This document shows positions 17,653 to 24,000 of a stretch of DNA of 24,000 bases, piece after piece. Under the pieces are notes generated by a model that saw only the letters and a program-made list of their open reading frames with translations, ran no database searches and was not told the DNA's origin. Position 1 is the first letter of the stretch, and each line of letters begins with the position of its first letter. Made by a program: the position numbers and the translations under genes. Source of the DNA: Microcystaceae cyanobacterium. GTDB taxonomy: Bacteria > Cyanobacteriota > Cyanobacteriia > Cyanobacteriales > Microcystaceae. The DNA lies in the NCBI GenBank assembly GCA_041746575.1, contig JBGTGT010000113.1, forward strand, positions 63,486 through 87,485, written 5' to 3'.

Positions 17653-18267
17653 ATGAATCCTGATATTGAAATTCGCCGATTACTGGATGTTTTGCCCGCT
17701 TCGGGACGAATGTTCACTAAAATAACCAGTAAGCCCCAACAATCGAAAGTTATCGATGCTCCTTTTCCTGTTCCTTGGCAAAAACCCCAACGTCCCATTT
17801 ACGTCAATTTTGACCTCTGGAGGCAATTACCCCAAGGACAAAGAGATTTAGTCATGCTAAGAACGGCCAGTTATTTGACCAATGTAACGTGGTTTAAACT
17901 GAATATTTATCAAGGAGGAGCGTTAATCGGTTTAGTCGGCATGACTGCAGAACTGTTGCAAGGTGACTTAGTAGGGGTATTGGTAGCGACAGGGTTAACC
18001 ACCATTGCTGTCAATCGAGTCTGGCGAGAAAATCGTAGTGTTCAACGAGACATTGATGCCGATGAAGAAGCGATTAAAGTTGCCCTGAGACGGGGTTATA
18101 CGGAGGCTGATGCAGCAAAACAATTGTTAAATGGCATAGAATCCGTTGCCAATTTAGAAGGACGTTCTGTCCTCAATTTTACCGAGTTAATTCGTTTCCA
18201 ACATCTTAAATCTTTAGCGAATTTATCCCCTGTGGGTATACCCGATAGTGTAAAAATGTATGAGTGA
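17653..18267 (+). CDS. Conserved cyanobacterial hypothetical protein (DUF3318-like, tentative)
   Basis: 204-aa ORF with a clean ATG start. EIRRLLDVLPASGRM...NFDLWRQLPQGQRDLVMLR resembles what I recall of the DUF3318 family. It has a central hydrophobic pair of helices. Confidence 0.5.
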   Translation: MNPDIEIRRLLDVLPASGRMFTKITSKPQQSKVIDAPFPVPWQKPQRPIYVNFDLWRQLPQGQRDLVMLRTASYLTNVTWFKLNIYQGGALIGLVGMTAELLQGDLVGVLVATGLTTIAVNRVWRENRSVQRDIDADEEAIKVALRRGYTEADAAKQLLNGIESVANLEGRSVLNFTELIRFQHLKSLANLSPVGIPDSVKMYE

Positions 18268-18386
18268 TAGTGATGAATAATTAATGACTCAGTTATCCGT
18301 CAACGTTCTCTACTTATTCTAAGTTCAACTTATTAATATATTCCGCTAGAAATTCATCGTCGGTCGAAGCAGATGAACTTTTACGG

Positions 18387-19160
18387 CTACTTAATATTTA
18401 CTTTTTTTGCAGAGTTGGGTAAAGCGATAATAATGATTAATAAAATGCCTAATCCTAAAGCCAGAAGAGCGATATTATTTTGATACCCATACTTAGCCAC
18501 AATAGCCCCTAATGTCCACACCACAACACCAGCGTAAATTCGATCATTTCTTTGAATTCTCATAAAAATAGCGATTAAAGTCGCAATTACTAGCAAAATC
18601 CCCGTCCATATTGGTGGAGAAATCCCCCCCCCATTCCAACCCAGATAATCTAAAGCGGAGGCGATATTCGTAATCGTAGCTACACTAATCCAACCTAAAT
18701 AAAGACTAATGGGATAATAAATAAACCACCGTTGAGACGTAGGAATAGGCACAAGATTGATGGCTAATTTTTGATATAAAAGCATGAGGGAAATTAAGAT
18801 TCCAATCATTGCTAAAACTGAGAGTGAAAAGAAACGAAACTGAAATAAAAATACCCAAATAATTTGGATAAAACTGCTAATTGCCAGAAAGTAACCTATG
18901 TTTTCAATAAGGGAATTCTCCTGATTTTTGGGTAAGACACTGTAAATTCCTAGGCTAATTAACCCTAAATAAATTAATCCCCAAATCGCAAAGGCATAAT
19001 TTGCGGGAATAATTAAGACATCGGCAAAAAAAGTGCTAGAGATTTCCCCAATGGATAATCCGGTTAACGGTGCAATATTTGCCCAGATATTCATTGCAAA
19101 AGCGGCAAGGATTGCGATCAAATTCGTCCAAGATTGCAGTCTTATTGCAGAAGCTTTCAT
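18387..19160 (-). CDS. Polytopic membrane protein (possibly TspO/MBR-related Trp-rich sensory protein-like; tentative)
   Basis: 257 aa with about 7-8 hydrophobic helices. PANYAFAIWGLIYLGLISLGIY and the Trp/Tyr-rich loops are reminiscent of long TspO-like proteins. The family call is from memory only. Confidence 0.55.
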   Translation of the reverse strand: MKASAIRLQSWTNLIAILAAFAMNIWANIAPLTGLSIGEISSTFFADVLIIPANYAFAIWGLIYLGLISLGIYSVLPKNQENSLIENIGYFLAISSFIQIIWVFLFQFRFFSLSVLAMIGILISLMLLYQKLAINLVPIPTSQRWFIYYPISLYLGWISVATITNIASALDYLGWNGGGISPPIWTGILLVIATLIAIFMRIQRNDRIYAGVVVWTLGAIVAKYGYQNNIALLALGLGILLIIIIALPNSAKKVNIK

Positions 19161-19230
19161 AAACAGACTCGGAGTAGATTCAAAAAACGAATACGTCTAC
19201 GCTAACATCAAAAAAGAAGGAAAACATGGG

Positions 19231-19259
19231 TAGAAAGGATGAAAATATTTTGCTATTCT
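19231..19259 (+). promoter_or_regulatory. Candidate promoter of rnpB
   Basis: TATTCT (19254-19259) ends about 7 nt before the predicted RNA 5' end. TAGAAA (19231-19236) lies 17 nt upstream as a weak -35. This is a sequence match only. Confidence 0.3.
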
Positions 19260-19266
19260 AGTCATT

Positions 19267-19643
19267 AGGAAAGCGTTGGCGTCGGGGTTGCGGATTCAAC
19301 GTTGGATTGAATCTGAGGAAAGTCCGGACTCCCAAAAGACCAAACGGCTGGGTAATTCCCAGTATTCGTAAGGATGAGGAAAGTGCCACAGAAAAATACC
19401 GCCTTTTTTGGTCATTAATGATCATTGGAAAGGGTAAGGGTGCAAAGGTGACGGTAAGAGCGCACCAGTAGTATCGAGAGATACTAGCTCGGTAAACCCC
19501 CGTTGGGAGCAAGGTCGCAGAGAGAACGGTTGGTCTTGCATACCTCTCTCGTTATAGGTGAACCGCCTAAGGTGTTTGGTAACAAACGTCTCAGATAGAT
19601 AACCCCCATTGAACAGAATCCGGCTTATGTCCAACGCTTTCCA
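19267..19643 (+). ncRNA. rnpB: RNase P RNA, bacterial type A
   Basis: Universal P4 strands are present: GAGGAAAGTCCGGAC (19315-19329) and ACAGAATCCGGCTTA (19614-19628). The conserved GGTAAGAGCGCACC lies near 19452-19465. The P1 helix pairs GGAAAGCGTTGG (19268-19279) with CCAACGCTTTCC (19631-19642). The minus-strand ORFs 19258..19512 and 19422..19634 are artefacts of this RNA gene. Confidence 0.93.
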
Positions 19644-19786
19644 ATTTACTCATAAAAATTATTATACTTTTATAAAATTTCAAGAAGATTACCAATGAAA
19701 AATAATAAAAGTGAATCAATAAAGTAAAACGATCATTGCTATGATAAACATAAAAAATTTTTAAGTTCAATAAATTATAAATCGAT

Positions 19787-20524
19787 ATGATGATACCGAA
19801 AAAAAGACAGCAAGAACTCCAGAAGCTTATTCAAGAATTAAGTTTAGAATCTACCCAAATTGACTGGAACTTGCTTAATTTAGCTCTTACTCATCCGAGC
19901 CTTTCAACTACTCATAATTATCAACAACTTGAATTTATCGGAGATTCTGTTGTTCGCCTTATTGCCGCCGAAATTTTAAGGGAAAATTATCCCGATGAAT
20001 CCGTCGGAGAATTTGCCGCTATTCGTTCAATAATGGTGAGCGATCGCACCTTAGCAGAATTCGCTGAGCGATTGGATTTGGAGAATTATTTGTTACAGTC
20101 AGAGGTATCTGCTAAAGACGAAAACGGCAGAATTTCAAGGCTTGCAGATGGCTTTGAAGGGGTTTTAGGGGCATTATATTTAAGTATTCACAACATGAAT
20201 TTGATTCGTCCTTGGTTAGATAAATTATTGATACAAAAAGCAGAAGAAATTCGTCAAGATCCTGCTCGCCAAAATTATAAAGATGCTCTACAAGAATGGA
20301 CACAAAGAAAATATAAATGTTTACCTCAATACCAAGTTAAAGCAGTTGAGCCAATTCTCAATTCTGAAGAAAGATTCATTTCAGAAGTATGGCTAAATCA
20401 GCAAAGATTAGGAGTGGGGAAAGGACGAACTAAAAAAGCCGCAGAACAGGCGGCTGCTAAAGAGGCTTTTTTACAGCAAAATAAAAACAATGCAGAAGAA
20501 ATAAATAAAACTTTATCTCACTAA
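19787..20524 (+). CDS. rnc: Ribonuclease III
   Basis: The RNase III signature ALTHPS...QQLEFIGDSVVRL and the second acidic cluster LADGFEGVLGALY are present. The C-terminal dsRBD contains GVGKGRTKKAAEQAAAKEA. 245 aa. Confidence 0.9.
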   Translation: MMIPKKRQQELQKLIQELSLESTQIDWNLLNLALTHPSLSTTHNYQQLEFIGDSVVRLIAAEILRENYPDESVGEFAAIRSIMVSDRTLAEFAERLDLENYLLQSEVSAKDENGRISRLADGFEGVLGALYLSIHNMNLIRPWLDKLLIQKAEEIRQDPARQNYKDALQEWTQRKYKCLPQYQVKAVEPILNSEERFISEVWLNQQRLGVGKGRTKKAAEQAAAKEAFLQQNKNNAEEINKTLSH

Positions 20525-20581
20525 AAGAGTAGAATCAATACAATTAAGCGTGTATCTTTTGACGGCTTATCGGCGTAAGAT

Positions 20582-22198
20582 TTGAAAACAATTCTTTATT
20601 TTTTTATTGCGTTAGGCACACTGTTGCGCTTTCTTTTTATTGATCATCGAGAGCTTTGGTATGATGAGATTCTTTCCCTTGCTCTCGTAACAGGACAAAA
20701 ACACCTTTATAGCACTCCCCCCGATATTCCCATTTCTTTATCTCAATATCTTCCTATTTTAACGCTTTCTCCTCAAGATAGCTTAAGCGCAATCATTCAA
20801 GTTTTAAAAGGGATTTTAGCAGAACCCCATCCCCCTTTATTTTTTCTGTTGCAACATTTTTGGTTACGTTGGTGGGGTAATAGTGAACAAGCGATGCGAA
20901 GTTTACCCCTGCTTTTCAGTTTAAGTACGATAGCGTTGGCTTACGCTTTGGGGCGTACTGTAATGAATCATCGAGGAGGATTAATTTTTTCTGCTTTAAT
21001 GGCATTAAATCCCTTTTTTTTCTTTCATTCTCTTAATGTTCGAATGTATGTTGCGTTAATATTTTGGGTAACATTAGCATCAGGATGTTTAGTGAAATTG
21101 ATCAATATTGGACAAGAAGAAAATAATAAAATAAGGTTTATTTTGGAGAATATTGGCTTTATTATCGCAGTAACGGCAGGAATATACACATTTTATCCCG
21201 TGATTTATTGGATGATAGCTGCAGGGCTATTAATTTTCTGGTGCGATCGCTCTCATTGGTGGCAATATGGATTAAGGTTTACCCTTTCCTTCCTTTTTTT
21301 GATCCCTTGGATAGGGTGGGGATTGAGTAAACAAGTCCAAAACGCAGACTTTAATCGATTTAATGCGTCTGGGGGCTTTATTCCCTCATTGAGCGAACAT
21401 TTCCAAGGATTCATTGAAACAATAGGGATTCAGCTTTTACTAGGGGATACCGTCACAAGTTTCTCTTTGAGCGGAAGATTGAGCGCAGGAATATTAAGTA
21501 TTGTCGGTTTAATGATGGCGATTGTTCTTTTGTATCGCAAAAAGATATATCGTCCTTTAATTATTGCTGTATGTTTAGGAATTGTTCCTCTATTGATTGC
21601 ATTTTTAGCTGATATTTTAACCGGCAAATTTACCCTTGGATTTGGTTGGGGAAGGTCAGTCAGTTTTAGTTTACCCGGTTTATTATTATTATTATCTATT
21701 GCCATCGAAAAAGGTTTAGATAAACAAAAAAATGCTATTATTTTAATTATTTTAAATCTTTATTTAATGATTAATGTCGCAGATTTTGCCTTACGCCCTC
21801 GTCAAGTTTTTCATCAATTATCTGCTTTAATTGACCCTCAAGGTTCTACTCTTCTTGTAATGAATTCCCAAGCATGGGGTCATGTTTTACGTTTAGCTTA
21901 TTATTTACCGCAAAATCGTCAGATTGATTTATTAGCGCAATCGAGTGCCAACTTACCCTTAAAATTACAAGAATTAAGCTTAGAACAACTTAATAACTAT
22001 AATAAAGTGATTTGGTTAGATAGTGCTAGGCCGGTTTGGCAAGCTCCCAAAACAGTAGAAGAAAAAGTAATCTATCAACAACAAATGAAACGTTTTCTCA
22101 ATCAAAATTTAATCTTGGAACAGCAACAAGTCGTTACTGGAACATGGACATTAGACCACTTTATGATTAACGTTTACCAAACAATTAATAATCAATAA
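20582..22198 (+). CDS. Polytopic membrane glycosyltransferase, GT39/ArnT (PMT_2)-like
   Basis: 538 aa with more than 10 hydrophobic helices. The N-terminal LRFLFIDHRELWYDEILSLAL has the acidic loop after TM1 typical of GT-C ArnT/PMT-like enzymes. TTG at 20582 is the first start codon after the in-frame TAA, so the start is uncertain. Confidence 0.65.
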   Translation: MKTILYFFIALGTLLRFLFIDHRELWYDEILSLALVTGQKHLYSTPPDIPISLSQYLPILTLSPQDSLSAIIQVLKGILAEPHPPLFFLLQHFWLRWWGNSEQAMRSLPLLFSLSTIALAYALGRTVMNHRGGLIFSALMALNPFFFFHSLNVRMYVALIFWVTLASGCLVKLINIGQEENNKIRFILENIGFIIAVTAGIYTFYPVIYWMIAAGLLIFWCDRSHWWQYGLRFTLSFLFLIPWIGWGLSKQVQNADFNRFNASGGFIPSLSEHFQGFIETIGIQLLLGDTVTSFSLSGRLSAGILSIVGLMMAIVLLYRKKIYRPLIIAVCLGIVPLLIAFLADILTGKFTLGFGWGRSVSFSLPGLLLLLSIAIEKGLDKQKNAIILIILNLYLMINVADFALRPRQVFHQLSALIDPQGSTLLVMNSQAWGHVLRLAYYLPQNRQIDLLAQSSANLPLKLQELSLEQLNNYNKVIWLDSARPVWQAPKTVEEKVIYQQQMKRFLNQNLILEQQQVVTGTWTLDHFMINVYQTINNQ

Positions 22199-22309
22199 TG
22201 ACAAAGTTTCTTAAAAATGATGGGTTTTAAAAATAAAGGGGAATACTAACCTTTAAGAAATCTCTCAAAATTTCTTGTTTAATGTATCATTTGGGGAGGA
22301 TAACCACCT

Positions 22310-24000
22310 ATGTCTCTCGCACAAGGTTTACAAGCCTTTAAAGAACAAAAATTTGACGAAGCCATCGAATTATTAAGTCAATACTGTCAGGATGCAACCC
22401 ATAAAGACAGTGCAGAATACAGTCAGGCACAAATGGCCTTAGCCAAAGCGTATCATAGCAAGGGACAGATTGAGGAAGCGATCGCCCTTTGTCAAATCCT
22501 GAAAAATCATTTGGATTCCCAAGTAAACCTCTGGGCAACTGAATACGAAAAACGGTTAAAAGCCGCTCAAACCCAATCAGCATCCCCCCATCCTGACCTT
22601 TTGGCTAAAGCCGGACGAGCCACCCAAACAGGGGTAAAATTAGCCATGAGAGGCATTGCTAGTAGTTTAGCTCTTGCTTCTATGGTTACTATTTCTCTTC
22701 TCTTCGGCATGATCTTTGTTCTGAGTCTTTCTTTGATATTTATCATTAAAACAGACAATCCCAGTCAAGGATTAGGAATAGCGTTAATTGTCACTCTCAT
22801 CTTTAGTGGGATATCTTTTTTCCTGTCTCCCCTCATTATGGATATTGTGCAGAATGCTTTGTACGGAACAAGTTGGATATCCCTTGAAACCTTACGTCAA
22901 TCCAGTCCTGAAAGCGCAGACGTGATTGAGCGGGTGTGCCAGCAAAGACAGATTGCCCCCCCTCGTTTAGGCATTATTCCAGACGAAAATCCGACAGCTT
23001 TTACCTATGGTTCGTTACCTGATACTGCCCGATTAGTGGTGAGTCAAGGGTTATTTACCTATCTCGATGAGGATGAAGTCGCCACCGTTTATGCCCATGA
23101 ATTAGGCCATATCGTCCATTGGGACTTTGCGATTATGACTTTAGCATCGACTCTGGTGCAGATTTTGTACTTAATTTATAGCTTCGTAAGACGAATGAGT
23201 CGGCAAAGTGGGGACAAAGCCAAAAGCTTTTTGATGAATATAGCAATTACAGCTTATGCTTTTTACTTAATGGGTACCTATCTTATTCTCTATCTTTCCC
23301 GTACTCGGGAATACTATGCCGATCATTTTGCGGCCGAAACCACGGGTAATCCCAATGGATTATCACGGGCATTAGTTAAAATTGCTTACGGCATTGTGGA
23401 AGAAAGCGACAAAACGAAAGAACCCAGTCCATTAATTCAAGGAACGCGGGCTTTAGGCATTTATGACCCAAAAGGGGCGGCATCTACGGGTGTCGCTTAT
23501 CGTATGGCCTCCGATAGCTATCAAGTTGGACGTATCTTTTTATGGGATATTTTTAATCCTTGGGGGTGGTGGATGGAACTTAATTCGACCCATCCCTTAA
23601 CGGGTAAGCGAATTCGGGCATTAACCACTTATGCAGAGCAAATGGGACTAAAAACCGAGTTTGACATGGCTAGAGTCGTTAAGGATGGTAAATACCTTAA
23701 TAAAAAGCGGCTTTACGGTACTTTTATCGTAGATTTGTTGGTGATGAATAGTCAATGGGTTGGGGCTTTAATGGGATTACTGATTGGGATAATTTTAGCG
23801 AGTATTTTTCGTTATTCCTTATTATCCTTTAGTTTTGCACTGTGGGGATTTGCGATCGCTACTTTCCTTAAATCGTTCGTCATGTATCCTGATTTTCATC
23901 AAGCTGAACCGGCGAATATTCTAACCTTGATGGGTGACCCCTATGCCAGTCCTTTGCGAGGAAAACCGATTCATCTTAAAGGGAAATTAATCGGTCGAGG
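22310..24000 (+). CDS. M48-family zinc metalloprotease (HtpX-like) with N-terminal TPR-like region; 3' end outside the window
   Basis: This gene is not in the ORF track because it runs off the window. ATG at 22310 is preceded by GGAGGA at 22295-22300. I checked the frame codon by codon from 22562 to about 23125 and found no stops; the segments either side were read less strictly and showed none. The HEXXH motif reads YAHELGHIVHWD near 23090-23125. REYYADHF and THPLTGKRI are also present, along with several TM helices. The antisense ORFs 22338..22583 and 22567..22758 are spurious. Confidence 0.85.
   Translation, partial: MSLAQGLQAFKEQKFDEAIELLSQYCQDATHKDSAEYSQAQMALAKAYHSKGQIEEAIALCQILKNHLDSQVNLWATEYEKRLKAAQTQSASPHPDLLAKAGRATQTGVKLAMRGIASSLALASMVTISLLFGMIFVLSLSLIFIIKTDNPSQGLGIALIVTLIFSGISFFLSPLIMDIVQNALYGTSWISLETLRQSSPESADVIERVCQQRQIAPPRLGIIPDENPTAFTYGSLPDTARLVVSQGLFTYLDEDEVATVYAHELGHIVHWDFAIMTLASTLVQILYLIYSFVRRMSRQSGDKAKSFLMNIAITAYAFYLMGTYLILYLSRTREYYADHFAAETTGNPNGLSRALVKIAYGIVEESDKTKEPSPLIQGTRALGIYDPKGAASTGVAYRMASDSYQVGRIFLWDIFNPWGWWMELNSTHPLTGKRIRALTTYAEQMGLKTEFDMARVVKDGKYLNKKRLYGTFIVDLLVMNSQWVGALMGLLIGIILASIFRYSLLSFSFALWGFAIATFLKSFVMYPDFHQAEPANILTLMGDPYASPLRGKPIHLKGKLIGR

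Noticed and set aside
19258-19634. Two minus-strand ORFs (84 aa and 70 aa) in the ORF track
   Set aside because: They lie antisense across the RNase P RNA gene, whose conserved P1/P4 elements are unambiguous on the plus strand. The predicted proteins have no recognisable features.
21676-21690. (TTA)5 trinucleotide run (LLLLL) and a nearby T8 run (21014-21021) in the GT39-like gene
   Set aside because: The repeat of a common Leu codon in a TM helix keeps the frame on slippage. The T8 run encodes FFFF and is unremarkable in an AT-rich genome.
1-24000. Search for CRISPR arrays, tRNA/rRNA/tmRNA genes, integrase or att sites, toxin-antitoxin pairs, retron or DGR-like reverse transcriptases
   Set aside because: I saw no regularly spaced direct repeats, no tRNA-like T-arm or acceptor patterns in intergenic regions, and no ORF with RT, integrase or toxin signatures. 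All ORFs of 130 aa or more, except the two ORF fragments of the kinase relic, are explained by housekeeping or conserved hypothetical families.

Overview
This is a cyanobacterial chromosomal segment. It is AT-rich, carries 12 perfect HIP1 octamers (GCGATCGC), an rbcL-rbcX-rbcS operon and a type-A RNase P RNA. Most of it is ordinary housekeeping DNA: ilvE, an LD-carboxypeptidase, cobM, mfd, an SF2 helicase, the RuBisCO operon, moaA, rnpB, rnc, a GT39-like membrane glycosyltransferase and an M48 protease. I found no CRISPR array, no tRNA or rRNA gene, no intact mobile element and no convincing new multi-gene system. The non-routine observations are small-scale. (1) A decayed patch at about 2.4-3.7 kb holds a 5'-truncated IS630-type transposase with an in-frame stop, next to a frameshifted Ser/Thr-kinase relic with mutated catalytic motifs. 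(2) A cyanase (cynS) gene is interrupted by two in-frame stops, although its catalytic C-terminal half is intact and it sits 7 nt from a DUF1348 gene. (3) A diverged ~130-bp direct repeat of the mfd 3' end brackets a small DCC-family thiol-oxidoreductase gene, which looks like an insertion or replacement scar. (4) A 12-13-nt perfect inverted repeat with a duplicated right arm spans the rbcL-rbcX spacer and ends 6 nt before the rbcX start. (5) An unnamed SF2 helicase lies in tandem with mfd. (6) A palindromic half-site cluster lies in the divergent region upstream of rbcL. All family assignments rest on motifs read by eye and recalled family signatures. No database search was run.
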